Shown here: piece by piece, positions 45,450-56,264 of the stretch | Numbering within the stretch: position 1 is the first letter of the stretch | How the letters are laid out: each line of letters starts with the position of its first letter | Assembly (NCBI GenBank): GCA_964524845.1 | Contig: CAZGFX010000003.1 | Span: forward strand, 31,051 to 95,050 | DNA from: an uncultured Gammaproteobacteria bacterium | GTDB lineage: Bacteria; Patescibacteriota; Patescibacteriia; CAZGFX01 | DNA length: 64,000 bases | Reading direction: 5' to 3' | Translations under genes and position numbers: made by a program | The notes under the pieces: generated by a model | Database searches by the model: none | The model's input: the letters and a program-made list of their open reading frames with translations, nothing else | Told to the model about the DNA's origin: nothing

Positions 45450-46517
45450 TTAAAAAGATCCGTACAATGTATATGTAACTGTATCAGTATAATCAGACGC
45501 CGCAACTGTTAAATTACCAATAGCCGCTTTATAAGTCACAACAGTTGATTCGCTCGTTACGGGTCCTGTGTTTGTACAAAAATTAGCTTCCGCAAGAGGA
45601 AGTATTCCTACGTCATTTCCTGTTTTATCATACACCGCATCCACATCGGCCGTAGACGATGTTCCTTGAACACCATAACCTTCTGTTCCTGCAACTAGTG
45701 TTGTTGTTGAGCTCTGTATCAAATGCGATGTGCCGGAACTATACATTCCGGGATTTGATCCACTTCCTGCGCCATTCACTTTCAGTGTATAGCCATTTTG
45801 AGCGTTTGTCGTAACAGCGATCGATGTGGTCGATGACGCAGTATTAACACTGGTTGTACTTAACGACCCAAATGCAATCGTATCTCCAGTAATCTCAAGA
45901 GTTAAAATAGGAGACGATGTACCGGCGTTTACAACAGGACCGAAACGAGACTGTGTGAATGCCCCTTGGCGAGACGAAGCTTTTACATAATACGTCGTCC
46001 CTGAATCAAGTCCCAAAATATTTACGCCACTAGCACCTCCCCACCCTCCTGTTCCTGAGTATGTACGAAAATCCTCAATACCAAGAGTCGCTCCTACAGT
46101 ATTATCGTCTTGAACATAGCGTGTATCAGCGACAAAATTATCGTCAGATATCGCCACAGCGAACTTATAATCAGATGCCTTATCTCCTCCGTTTACAACT
46201 AGTTTTAATCGATCATAATATGTTGAAGGATTGGAAAGTGTGAGCGTGACTACATCTGCTGTAATTGTATTCTCAAAACCAGCATCGGCTCCATAATTTG
46301 ATGAATCTGTATTTGTCGAAGCAACCGGGCGCACGCCGCCTTGTTCTTTATAATTATCCGACGCAGAATCATCGAAACCACCACCAATAGATGATGTTTG
46401 AATTTTATAATTATCACTCGATGCTTCTTCTGCATATACGTGTATAATCGGCATGCACAATGAAACGAAAAAGATAAAAAGTGTTAGACGAGTTGTTATA
46501 AAAAATATTTTTTTCAT
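45450..46517 (-). CDS. secreted Ser/Thr/Gly-rich beta-sheet surface protein
   Basis: signal peptide (..VYA), Fn3/Ig-like composition. Confidence 0.75.
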   Translation of the reverse strand: MKKIFFITTRLTLFIFFVSLCMPIIHVYAEEASSDNYKIQTSSIGGGFDDSASDNYKEQGGVRPVASTNTDSSNYGADAGFENTITADVVTLTLSNPSTYYDRLKLVVNGGDKASDYKFAVAISDDNFVADTRYVQDDNTVGATLGIEDFRTYSGTGGWGGASGVNILGLDSGTTYYVKASSRQGAFTQSRFGPVVNAGTSSPILTLEITGDTIAFGSLSTTSVNTASSTTSIAVTTNAQNGYTLKVNGAGSGSNPGMYSSGTSHLIQSSTTTLVAGTEGYGVQGTSSTADVDAVYDKTGNDVGILPLAEANFCTNTGPVTSESTVVTYKAAIGNLTVAASDYTDTVTYTLYGSF

Positions 46518-46903
46518 AAACATGAAATTATTTTCTCTTTCATTGAAACAAGCTCCTCATCTGAGACGGCGTGCGCCCGATGCGGATCAAGTTCATGCGG
46601 ATTATTGATTGGAATAAGATGAATATGCGCATGAGGAACACCAAATCCTTCCACAACAATTCCAACTCGACTGGAACCTGTTGCTTTTTTCAAAGCGGGA
46701 GCAAAAGACTTAGCATACGCGAACAACGCATTATATACTTCATCATCCAAATCAAAAATATAATCAACTTCTTTTCTCGGAATAACCAAAACATGCCCTG
46801 GATTTACCGGCCGAATATCAAGAATGCAAAAAAAATTCTCATTCTCATGAATAATATGACCGGGTATTTCTTTGTTGATAATTCTCGTAAAAATCGATGG
46901 CAT
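46514..46903 (-). CDS. HIT family nucleotide hydrolase
   Basis: HAHIHLIP triad, GHVLVIP. Confidence 0.95.
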   Translation of the reverse strand: MPSIFTRIINKEIPGHIIHENENFFCILDIRPVNPGHVLVIPRKEVDYIFDLDDEVYNALFAYAKSFAPALKKATGSSRVGIVVEGFGVPHAHIHLIPINNPHELDPHRAHAVSDEELVSMKEKIISCL

Positions 46904-47032
46904 ATGTGTTTATAAAGAATCAAATCTACATATAGTGTAGCACAAAAAGAATATCGGCCAAAGACTGACCTACCTTTGATCAAAACAAAAAACGCCTTTT
47001 ATTAAAAAGGCGTTTCTTTATATGACGTACTA

Positions 47033-47500
47033 TTATTGATTAAAATTTATTTTTATTTTTGATTCGAGATACTTGTTCTCGCCACACTCTTCGCAATGAA
47101 CAATTATGTTTAGATATTTGGCTTCTTTCGGTATTTCATTTATAGGATAATTGATCTTTTCACTCTGATCTTCTATGACATGACTACCAAAACGCAAAAG
47201 TCCGAATACTGTTTCATTTACACCGCGCGAAAGAAATTTATTATCACTATCCCCATACCAATACTCAACCGGCGCTTTTATAAGATCACCTTCTTTTTTA
47301 TTAAATATGAGCGTTGCACGACCGGAAATAGTTATGACAACCGAAAATCTTTTTCCAAGTAATTTTTCTTTAATTGTTTTTCCTTTGTTTGCTTCATATA
47401 TCATTAATTTCGGAACGACACCGTCATTGTTTTGCGCATTGATAATCGTTTCTCCGAAAAATAACAAGATCAAAACAAAACACAATATGACAATCTTCAT
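47033..47500 (-). CDS. hypothetical secreted protein
   Basis: signal peptide ..INAQ; AAGGGGG SD. Confidence 0.65.
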   Translation of the reverse strand: MKIVILCFVLILLFFGETIINAQNNDGVVPKLMIYEANKGKTIKEKLLGKRFSVVITISGRATLIFNKKEGDLIKAPVEYWYGDSDNKFLSRGVNETVFGLLRFGSHVIEDQSEKINYPINEIPKEAKYLNIIVHCEECGENKYLESKIKINFNQ

Positions 47501-47514
47501 GGTACCCCCTTTTG

Positions 47515-47850
47515 TTATCTTGTTCGTCCGATGAGGTTTCCATATTGTTTAAAAACAAGACCCCAACGACTACGTGTATAATTATTTATACGAATCGTTT
47601 TCGGAACAATCTTTTTAAAAAATAATTTAAAATTTTTTTGTTGCTTTTTGCCATTAGGGCCATCAAAAAGCTGATATAGAATCTCTGGTTCAGCTCCGAC
47701 TTTCAAATAACCCTGTATCGTATTAAGCATGTGTTTGACCGATACGACAAAAACTCTTTTGTCTTCTTTATCACCATTCTTAACGGAAGAGCCTCGGCGT
47801 TTCATTTTTCCTCTTCCAAAATGATTTGAAAGAAAATCTTTCTTACTCAT
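47515..47850 (-). CDS. hypothetical basic protein
   Basis: TTGACA-N17-TATCAT promoter, GGAGGT SD. Confidence 0.6.
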   Translation of the reverse strand: MSKKDFLSNHFGRGKMKRRGSSVKNGDKEDKRVFVVSVKHMLNTIQGYLKVGAEPEILYQLFDGPNGKKQQKNFKLFFKKIVPKTIRINNYTRSRWGLVFKQYGNLIGRTR

Positions 47851-48052
47851 AAAACCTCCGTATGTTAGTTCGTGTTATGTGTTTTTTATGTATGTTATTT
47901 AATGTATTATTTTGTAAAAATGATACTATAATGTTCTTCTTGTGTCAAATTATCCCAATATATAAGCCATTTCCAGATATTGACTTTATAAATTATTAAA
48001 TGTATAGTAGATTGAAAATAACAAAACAAAAAACAAACAAGGAGAAGGCGTT

Positions 48053-49093
48053 ATGACACCGTGTTTAGTATCTACGAAAGCCATTCCCGGCAAAACAAAA
48101 ATCATTCTCTTTGACAGTAAAAGCACACACTGGTTTCTGGGATTGAGTCCTCATATGCTGAAGAAAAAAGAACGGCTGGAATCAAGTTATTCCATTGTTG
48201 AGTTTTTCAACAAAAACAATTTTTTCTTTAAAACCGAATTCATTGATGGAATCATAAAAGAAAAAAGATTTTCTTCTATGATAAACAGGAGTTATGAATC
48301 CGTTAACGATAAGAAACACTACAGCAAAAGACAAATTCTTATCGCTACCGGAATTTTTGAAGACTATCCTATGAGTATTGTATCAATCGGGACAAATCCG
48401 ATACACACTGTACGACAAGAAAAAGACAAATATGTGTTCGCTGAGATAAAAAAATTTCAATGGCACCATATGAAACTCGGAGACGGAATTGTCTTTCCTT
48501 GGAGAGAAAAAGCTTCGGAAGAAGATCGAGAAAAAGAAATTTATTATCTTCATGATTATGCTTTTCTAAAAAAAGTCTCCTCTAACAAGGTGTTTACAAG
48601 ATTGACAGAATTTCCTTCCGACGAAGGAACGATGGTCATCGAAGAACCACCTGAAATTTTTGGGACAGACTCAATATCAGTAAGCGAGGAAAACGAAACA
48701 TTTGTTCTTCCTCCAACAATTGAACAGGAATTTTCATCTGAGAAAAGATCATACAGTCTTCCCTGTCTCATGGAGACGTTCGGTATGTCTGGATACAAAG
48801 GAGTTGTAACCGTATACGATGATCGGAAAAACTCAATAGGATTTTTCTCTATCAATGAATGTAAAATCCTAGACGCAGAGATCAGAAAACCAAAAAAGAA
48901 TGGGATGGATGCGATGGAACACCTTGTTCTGTTTCCAAAAGGAATTGCAATACTCGACACCAGAGCAACTCCGATTAAAAAAATGAACGTTCAACTTCCA
49001 GGAGGATTGTACGAAATAATGATGTCCGCGGAACGTAAACGCGAAGGCATTATAAAAGACGAAAACGAATTTCGTGCGGCCGCTATAAAATAA
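48053..49093 (+). CDS. hypothetical protein with C-terminal DUF4388/PatA-N-like domain
   Basis: SLPCLMETFGMSGYKGVVTV...ILDAE...GMDAMEHLV resembles DUF4388 (recognised by eye). Confidence 0.6.
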   Translation: MTPCLVSTKAIPGKTKIILFDSKSTHWFLGLSPHMLKKKERLESSYSIVEFFNKNNFFFKTEFIDGIIKEKRFSSMINRSYESVNDKKHYSKRQILIATGIFEDYPMSIVSIGTNPIHTVRQEKDKYVFAEIKKFQWHHMKLGDGIVFPWREKASEEDREKEIYYLHDYAFLKKVSSNKVFTRLTEFPSDEGTMVIEEPPEIFGTDSISVSEENETFVLPPTIEQEFSSEKRSYSLPCLMETFGMSGYKGVVTVYDDRKNSIGFFSINECKILDAEIRKPKKNGMDAMEHLVLFPKGIAILDTRATPIKKMNVQLPGGLYEIMMSAERKREGIIKDENEFRAAAIK

Positions 49094-49232
49094 TTATCAA
49101 AATTAACCAATATACCAATATACAGAGGGGAAAACTCCCCTCTTTTTTATTCACAATACAAAAAACTCGACAAAACTGTTTTTGTAATATATTATGTTTT
49201 AGAAAAAACAATCACAAAAAGGAGGTTTGGCG

Positions 49233-49598
49233 ATGAAAAAGAAAATAGAAGAAATTGTTTTGAAAAACAAGGAGATAAAAAACACACGCCTTGCATTTTA
49301 TGAAGAGCTTGCCATCATGCTCAGTGGTAAACGCAGTCCTTATCTACAAGGATTAAGTCTTTCAAAAGCAATTCATAATAGAACGATAAAAAAGAAGTTC
49401 CTATGGATTCCTTTTTTTTACAAACCTCACCTACTCCCGGAAAACATCGACGATCTGCTTGAAAAACTCATGGCGTGCAATAATAACACATGGCACGAAT
49501 TACTGCACAAATTAAAAGACGACGACAAGTTGTTTTTAAAATTTTCCGAACTCCGTCGGGAAAAATATCCCGCATCAAACGCACAAGTATTTATGTAA
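49233..49598 (+). CDS. hypothetical protein
   Basis: AAGGAGGT SD; shared terminator ~49606-49637. Confidence 0.65.
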   Translation: MKKKIEEIVLKNKEIKNTRLAFYEELAIMLSGKRSPYLQGLSLSKAIHNRTIKKKFLWIPFFYKPHLLPENIDDLLEKLMACNNNTWHELLHKLKDDDKLFLKFSELRREKYPASNAQVFM

Positions 49599-49643
49599 TT
49601 TTTACAAAAAACCGGTTCAAAGAGCCGGTATTTTTTATTGAAA

Positions 49644-50792
49644 TTATTTATTTCCAAGATCAGGAAGTTTTTGACGAATCTCTTCGAGAATCGAATACAA
49701 TGCTTGCTCAATATCTTCTTTTGTAAAAACAGAACAATGGTTTGGAGCTCCGATTGGGTTAAATACTCTGAGTGCTGACAAAATATTAATCGATTTATTG
49801 CTGTACACAACAACTTCCTTTTCCTCTTTTCCTGAGTCTATACCGACAATGGTTACGAGAACTCCTTGGGCCGTGCTTATAAGTTCCGACACGACATACT
49901 CTATATCTCTGCGATCAGCGTGAGACGCTTCCATATCCTCCTTTGTTAAGTGCGTCCACAAAATTCCACGAGGCATATCATAAGCTATGCGCGCGAGCGC
50001 CTTGCCCCAAAGCTTCATCTGACTTACAGACTTATTACGATACAGATGATGCACGATTCCGTTTCGATCAGCGCCTTTCGTGACCAAGGCGCTCGCGCAC
50101 TCCATTGTTCTCGGAGTAACATCGCTCGAACGGAATGAACGTGTTCCTGATATAATTCCTGCCAGAAGTCCTGTTGCGTTTTCCGCGGTAAGAAACTCAG
50201 GATATCCTCCTACAATAAGTTCATAAAAAATCTCAGCGATGGTGCTTGCTGTAGCATCAACTAGAGCGAGCTGCCCGTAATGAGCATTGTTTGTCGTAAT
50301 TCCAATATTAATAATCGGTGTCGTATAAAAAAGATCTGTGGCGCGAGTAAAAACATTTCCAAGATCACCGAGCTCAGGAGTGTTAATCGTAATAATCAAA
50401 TCATATTTATATTCAGTAGTACCAACAACGACGTCTTCCGGACGAAACGACCCATCGCGCGGTTCGAAATAACAAATAACCGAATCAGAAGTTGTGTCAT
50501 AATAAAAATTTTTCAGACCATTGTTTTTTGTATTCACTGATACCGAAAGTTTCCTTGCAACGGGCAGCTCGCTTTTTATTTCTCCATGTCCTGATAAAAA
50601 ACTCATATGAGGCACATCAAACCCATCACATATGACATCAACATTCGGAGTGATTTTTTTACAAATAGAAAAACAAACGAGGCCGGAAGCAACCACATCT
50701 CCATTTGCATTCTTCGGTAATACAATAAGTATTGAACTGTGTTTTCTGATTAAATCCCAAAAATGAGAAACATCAGCATGATACAACGCCAT
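49644..50792 (-). CDS. DHH/NrnA-like protein with degenerate active site
   Basis: DHH fold layout, but NIDHH replaced by NIGITT; ~50 aa insertion. Confidence 0.75.
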   Translation of the reverse strand: MALYHADVSHFWDLIRKHSSILIVLPKNANGDVVASGLVCFSICKKITPNVDVICDGFDVPHMSFLSGHGEIKSELPVARKLSVSVNTKNNGLKNFYYDTTSDSVICYFEPRDGSFRPEDVVVGTTEYKYDLIITINTPELGDLGNVFTRATDLFYTTPIINIGITTNNAHYGQLALVDATASTIAEIFYELIVGGYPEFLTAENATGLLAGIISGTRSFRSSDVTPRTMECASALVTKGADRNGIVHHLYRNKSVSQMKLWGKALARIAYDMPRGILWTHLTKEDMEASHADRRDIEYVVSELISTAQGVLVTIVGIDSGKEEKEVVVYSNKSINILSALRVFNPIGAPNHCSVFTKEDIEQALYSILEEIRQKLPDLGNK

Positions 50793-50993
50793 GTCCTTCC
50801 TTTGTTATTCAAAAAAGATATAAGAATATATCGTATAATTGTATATCATGAGAAAATTGTAGTCAATTTATTTATTGCTAAAACAAGAGAAATTATTGAC
50901 TTTATGTGGATATTTTATTACAACATACTTTTTTATCTTTTATTACTCAACAATCTTGACAGATGGCTTATTTTACAATAAAATCAGCGTGTT

Positions 50994-53006
50994 ATGAATG
51001 TCACTGAACTTGCCAGAATTTTAAATCTTCCAACCAAACTTCTCCTCAAAAAACTTCCGGAGCTTGGTTTTCATATTGGAACAAAAGCGATAAAAGTAAA
51101 TGACAAGCTCGTACCGAAAATTATGGAGGCTTTCAAAGGCGATGAAAAGCGCCAACGAGAGGCAGTTGAACAAGCGAAAATACGTGAAATAAGAAAAGAA
51201 AAACGCAGAAAAGGAGAATCTGTCGAATTTGAAAAACATGTTTCTATTCCGTCAAAAATATCCGTACGCGATTTTGCCACATCACTTAATTTACCAGTCG
51301 CGAAAGTAATAGGAGAACTCATGATGAATGGTGTCATGGCATCGCTCAATCAAGAAATTGATTTTGATATCGCGACAATCATCGCCGAGAATTTCGGATT
51401 TGGAGTATCTCGCGCAGAAGACACGGAGAAAATTGACACTCGTGAAGAAACCGCGGCGAAAAGAATCACCGACATAAAAATGGAAGACCTCGAAAAAGGC
51501 GTCTCTCGTCCCCCTGTTATAGTTATTATGGGACATGTTGATCATGGGAAGACATCGCTTCTCGATGCGATTCGTAGCACGGACGTAGTTGCTACTGAAA
51601 GCGGAGGAATTACACAACGTATCGGAGCATATCAAATTCACAAGAATGGACGTTTAATTACATTTCTCGATACACCTGGACACGAGGCATTTCGTGCAAT
51701 GAGATCGCGCGGCGGAAGAATTGCCGACATAGCGATTCTTGTTGTGTCCGCAGATGATGGTATTCAACCACAAACACTCGAGTCGATTAATATTATTCAA
51801 AAAGAAAATCTGCCATACGTCGTAGCAATAAACAAAATAGATAAACCAGGAGCTGATATCGACAGAATAAAATCTCAACTCTCTGAAATTAACCTAACTC
51901 CAGATGATTGGGGAGGAAAAACAATGTGTGTTCCGATCTCGGCAAAGAAAAACGAGCACATTGATACACTGCTTGATACGGTGCTTATTGTGGCCGATAT
52001 TGAGAATTTTTTAGCCGACCCTGACAAGGGCGCTTTTGGCACTGTTATCGAATCTCACGTTGATAAAGGAGAAGGTCCTGTGGCTACAATTCTTGTTCAA
52101 TCAGGAACTCTTCGAATAGGAGATTTCGTAAGAGCGGGGAATGTTTTTGGAAAGGTAAAAACAATGATCGATTCTTTCGGAAAACAAGTTACAGAAGCAA
52201 CGCCATCCACTCCTGTTAAACTTCTTGGTTTAAAAGAAATACCTTCAGTCGGGGAACTTGTTGAAAGCACAAATAACGATGAACAAATTCGCGAATGGAA
52301 AAAGAATTCAAAAAACACAAAGAAAGTATTTAGAACAATGGAACACTCGCAAACAACATCGTCTCAACAAGAATGTGAAAACAAAGACGATGATCAAAAA
52401 AGACTAGCGGTTATCGTAAAAGGAGATGTGTTCGGATCGGTAGGCGCAATTGTCGATTCAATTAAAAAAATGGATACTCACAATATTATACGAGTTATCA
52501 AACAAGGGCTTGGAAATATAAATGATTCGGATATTATTGCCGCGGACACTTCACATGCGATCGTCGTTGGTTTCAAGGTGAAAATAGACCGAGATGTCGC
52601 TTTGTTCGCAAAAGAAAAGAAAGTTGATTGTCAAACATATGATGTCATTTATCAGTTGCTTGATTATGTGAAAACAGAAGCCGAAAAACTTCTTGAAAAA
52701 GAAATTGTACGCAAAGAAGTTGGCAAACTAAAGGTACTTGAGATCTTTCGAACAGAAAAGAAATTTGTTGTTATTGGAGGACAAGTCCTTGATGGTATTG
52801 TGTTCGCGAATTGCAAAGGAAAGATACTTCATAACAACGAGTGTGTTGGTTGGAGTACGATAGAATCTCTTCGATCAGGAAAAGAAGAGGTAAAAGAAGT
52901 CGCACAAGGAGCAGACGCTGGCATCAGACTTGCTTTCACTGATAAAATTATTCCAGGAGACATAATAGAATTTTTTACAGAAGAAGAAATTAAAAGGAAA
53001 TTATAG
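50994..53006 (+). CDS. infB: translation initiation factor IF-2
   Basis: GHVDHGKTSLLD, DTPGHEAF, NKID. Confidence 0.98.
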   Translation: MNVTELARILNLPTKLLLKKLPELGFHIGTKAIKVNDKLVPKIMEAFKGDEKRQREAVEQAKIREIRKEKRRKGESVEFEKHVSIPSKISVRDFATSLNLPVAKVIGELMMNGVMASLNQEIDFDIATIIAENFGFGVSRAEDTEKIDTREETAAKRITDIKMEDLEKGVSRPPVIVIMGHVDHGKTSLLDAIRSTDVVATESGGITQRIGAYQIHKNGRLITFLDTPGHEAFRAMRSRGGRIADIAILVVSADDGIQPQTLESINIIQKENLPYVVAINKIDKPGADIDRIKSQLSEINLTPDDWGGKTMCVPISAKKNEHIDTLLDTVLIVADIENFLADPDKGAFGTVIESHVDKGEGPVATILVQSGTLRIGDFVRAGNVFGKVKTMIDSFGKQVTEATPSTPVKLLGLKEIPSVGELVESTNNDEQIREWKKNSKNTKKVFRTMEHSQTTSSQQECENKDDDQKRLAVIVKGDVFGSVGAIVDSIKKMDTHNIIRVIKQGLGNINDSDIIAADTSHAIVVGFKVKIDRDVALFAKEKKVDCQTYDVIYQLLDYVKTEAEKLLEKEIVRKEVGKLKVLEIFRTEKKFVVIGGQVLDGIVFANCKGKILHNNECVGWSTIESLRSGKEEVKEVAQGADAGIRLAFTDKIIPGDIIEFFTEEEIKRKL

Positions 53007-53134
53007 TTTCATATATTTTTTATTATCTTGAGACATAAGAGGCGTATAACAACGTCTTTTTTCGTAAATATAATCACATAGTCGGCTCTTTTTTTGCTGG
53101 ACAAACCCGAAACAAGATAGTAATATCAATTATT

Positions 53135-53509
53135 ATGAATGACCGAGTCGAAAAATTAAATTCGTTTTTTTATCACGAACTCACGGAACTGTGCGCTCGA
53201 GAACTTGAAATTCCATCTGATGCACTTCTATCAATAACACGAGTAGACATAAGCGGAGGATTGGAATCTGGCACCGTATATATCAGTGTCCTTCCTAAAA
53301 GCAAAGAAGAAGAGGTTGTTTCGATTCTAAAAAGAGACTGGAAGAAAATTACGCATCTTCTCGCAAAAAAAACATCTTTCCTCAGACGTCTTCCACACTT
53401 AATGTTTGAGATAGACAAAGAAGCTGCAAAAATTTATGTGGTCGAGGAAATCATAACAAAAATAAACAAGCCTGAAACAAGAAAAAAAATAAAGCGAGCA
53501 AAAAAATGA
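53135..53509 (+). CDS. rbfA: ribosome-binding factor A
   Basis: follows infB; ITRVDIS...VYISV, RRLPHLMF. Confidence 0.85.
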   Translation: MNDRVEKLNSFFYHELTELCARELEIPSDALLSITRVDISGGLESGTVYISVLPKSKEEEVVSILKRDWKKITHLLAKKTSFLRRLPHLMFEIDKEAAKIYVVEEIITKINKPETRKKIKRAKK

Positions 53510-53521
53510 TGGAACGCGCAT

Positions 53522-54466
53522 ATGTTTCATACTGATATTCGAAAATGTTTAACTGCAATAAACACGGCACACTCCGTGCTTTTGATCATGCACAAAAACC
53601 CAGACGGGGACACGACCGGATCAGCTCTTGCACTGGCACAGTACTGCGATAAAATAGGAGTTATTTTTGATATTATTTGTAAAGATATTGCTCCCGAACA
53701 TTTTTCTTTTCTGCCTTTGTTTTCTCGCATCAAACTTCCAAATGAAGTTTCGATAAAAACATACGATACTATTATCGTATGCGATTCCGGATCTCTTTCT
53801 TTTGCAGGCGTTGAAGAAATCATTACACCCATGAAAGGTGTTGCGACAATTATTAATATTGATCACCACGCGACAAACGATATGTTTGGAAATATTAATA
53901 TAGTCATGTCTGAAAAAAGCTCAACATGCGAAGTTGTTTCGTATATTTTTAATGAAACAGGAGTCGAAGTCTCCTCCGGAATTGCGACTTGCTTACTGAA
54001 CGGAATTATTACAGATACAGGATTTTTCAATAATGCAAACGCGAGTGCTGAAACACTTGCGTGCGCTGCCAAATTACTAAAAGCAGGTGCACGATACAAT
54101 ACCATTACGAAAAAAATATTTGAGGACAAAAATCAAGAAACACTTCTCGCTTGGGGAGATGTACTTAGTAATATAGAGATCAATAAAAAATATAATACTG
54201 CTTTTTTGTGTATACCTTTTGAGCTTGGCGAACAAACCTCAGGACTTTCAAATTTTCTTATGAACATAGACGGCGTGGAAAGAGTTTTGGTATTAAAAGA
54301 TCTCGGAAATGGCACCATCAAAGGCAGTTTACGAACAACAAATACTCGCGGAAACGTGAAAAAGCTCGCTGAGTTTCTTGGTGGCGGAGGGCATGTGATG
54401 GCTTCTGGTTTTGTAATTCCTGGAAAACTCGTATCCGACGAGACCGGTAAATGGCGTGTCGAATAG
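53522..54466 (+). CDS. nrnA: bifunctional oligoribonuclease/pAp phosphatase NrnA (DHH)
   Basis: HKNPDGD, NIDHH, TDTG, GGGGH. Confidence 0.92.
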   Translation: MFHTDIRKCLTAINTAHSVLLIMHKNPDGDTTGSALALAQYCDKIGVIFDIICKDIAPEHFSFLPLFSRIKLPNEVSIKTYDTIIVCDSGSLSFAGVEEIITPMKGVATIINIDHHATNDMFGNINIVMSEKSSTCEVVSYIFNETGVEVSSGIATCLLNGIITDTGFFNNANASAETLACAAKLLKAGARYNTITKKIFEDKNQETLLAWGDVLSNIEINKKYNTAFLCIPFELGEQTSGLSNFLMNIDGVERVLVLKDLGNGTIKGSLRTTNTRGNVKKLAEFLGGGGHVMASGFVIPGKLVSDETGKWRVE

Positions 54467-54523
54467 CCTTTTTGCTCCATAAATATTTTTATGATACAGT
54501 ACGCTTACATTATTTAAAAACGT

Positions 54524-55105
54524 ATGAATCTTATACCAACAGTTATAGAAAAAACCCACGAAGGAGAGCGTGCTTATGATATTTACTCTCGCCTTCTTAA
54601 GGATCGAATCATTATACTTACAGGGCCCATCAATGATGTTGTCGCGAGCACTGTCATAGCTGAGCTTCTATATCTCGAATCACTTGATCAAAAATCAGAT
54701 ATAAAAATGTACATTCAAAGCCCAGGCGGATCAGTAAGTGCCGGACTTGCTATATTCGACACGATGAATCTCATTAAATGCGATGTATCGACTATTTGTA
54801 TAGGATTTTGCGCAAGTATGGCATCGCTACTTCTTGCAAATGGAAAAAAAGGAAAGCGCTTCGTGCTTCCAAACGCAGAAATTATGATTCATCAACCATG
54901 GGGCGGTATGGAAGGAACTGCTTCTGATATACAGATTCACGCAGAAAATATTATAAATACGAAAAAGAAACTTAACGAACTTCTTTCGAAGATCACAGGA
55001 CAAACATTTACAACTATTGAAAAGGACACTGATAGAGATAATTTTTTCTCAGCAAAGGATGCCATCAAGTATGGACTTGTTGATAAGATGATAGGAGGAA
55101 AATAG
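54524..55105 (+). CDS. clpP: ATP-dependent Clp protease proteolytic subunit
   Basis: [33 protein letters not shown]. Confidence 0.98.
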   Translation: MNLIPTVIEKTHEGERAYDIYSRLLKDRIIILTGPINDVVASTVIAELLYLESLDQKSDIKMYIQSPGGSVSAGLAIFDTMNLIKCDVSTICIGFCASMASLLLANGKKGKRFVLPNAEIMIHQPWGGMEGTASDIQIHAENIINTKKKLNELLSKITGQTFTTIEKDTDRDNFFSAKDAIKYGLVDKMIGGK

Positions 55106-55119
55106 TTTTAAAAACTTAC

Positions 55120-55250
55120 ACTGAACGAAGCGAACGCAGTAAGGATGAGACCTCTTCCTTCGGTCGAGGTGACAGTGTTGAGCGAAGCGAACGTAGTAAG
55201 GATGAGACCTCTCCCTTTGGTCGAGGTGACAATGTTGAGCGTAGCGAATG
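55120..55250 (-). repeat. tandem REP-like family B units
   Basis: two copies of GAGACCTCT..GGTCGAGGTGACA. Confidence 0.75.
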
Positions 55251-55308
55251 TGCCAAAAAAAATTGCCCAGTCTTTTTATAAGACTGGGCTTTGTTTTCTA
55301 GAAGAAAT

Positions 55309-56097
55309 CTACACCTTTTGAGGCGCAGGTTTCTTTTTCACGATTTTTTCTTTCTTTTCGAGTTCGGTTTTTTTGACCTCTTCCGAAACAACCACAACAG
55401 GCGGAACAGGAGTGGTTTCAGCAACGGCTTTTTTAACGGCCGCGGAAACTTCTTCATCTCGTTGTTGCCCGAAAACACTTTTCATAAGTTTGTTTTCTGG
55501 AGATACGATTTTCTCGTATTTATCAGAGATGATAGTTTTGTCTCCGTTTCGCTCAAGAACCTTGATTTTGTTTTCCGAGTCCGTGAAAGAAAGGAACCCG
55601 AACTCAAAAAATTCTTTAGAAAAACCTTTGGTGGCCGAGAAAACCGCATCTTTGGAATCCAGGTCTTCAACAGATTTTTTGAGACATCTGCCGAGTGTCA
55701 GAATACCCGACGGCTTTTCGTTCGTGTCTTCAAGAAAAACTACATAGTCGCCGTAATCCTCATATATGGATGCGCGACACGGGTTTTTCCAAATTTCCGG
55801 CATTATGACGTCCAAAACACCACCGTGTTTTTTGATCGTCTTGAATTTCTTCAAAAAACCGGACCTTGTGTCATAAACAGTAGCAAAAACATCATCGGAT
55901 CCGTCTTTTTTTCTGATGACACAACGGTATCCAACCGCTTCGACCTCCTGTTTATTACCGGGAATGCGAACCATCCACGTGTCTTCCGAAAAAGACAGCG
56001 TGTCTTCATCTGTCTTTCTAAAAGGCTTGAAATAACAAATGAATCCACGAACAATAGTGTCTCGCATTTTCCTGAAATTCGCTTTTAAAGTTTCCAT
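55309..56097 (-). CDS. hypothetical protein
   Basis: 262 aa; AAGGAG SD after a long A/C leader; terminator ~55265-55292. Confidence 0.7.
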   Translation of the reverse strand: METLKANFRKMRDTIVRGFICYFKPFRKTDEDTLSFSEDTWMVRIPGNKQEVEAVGYRCVIRKKDGSDDVFATVYDTRSGFLKKFKTIKKHGGVLDVIMPEIWKNPCRASIYEDYGDYVVFLEDTNEKPSGILTLGRCLKKSVEDLDSKDAVFSATKGFSKEFFEFGFLSFTDSENKIKVLERNGDKTIISDKYEKIVSPENKLMKSVFGQQRDEEVSAAVKKAVAETTPVPPVVVVSEEVKKTELEKKEKIVKKKPAPQKV

Positions 56098-56264
56098 GAC
56101 AAACTCCTTTTTTTGTTTGGTTTTTTGTTTGGTTTTTTTGTTTGTTTATTTTTCTTATAGAACCCTCAATCGTTTTTAGAGATTGAGGAGTCAAAAGATA
56201 AATAATTTTTTAAGGAACTAAGTGTCAAAGTTTTAACTAAGACACTAAGCTTCTGAGGACTTAA

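Noticed and set aside
44900-49600. Prophage in the ORFan-rich stretch
   Set aside because: No integrase, terminase or structural genes; ORFs are individually promoted and interspersed with core genes.
55291-56088. 265-aa + strand ORF
   Set aside because: Antisense to 55309-56097, which has the SD, leader and terminator; the Phe/Arg-rich composition is typical of a shadow frame.
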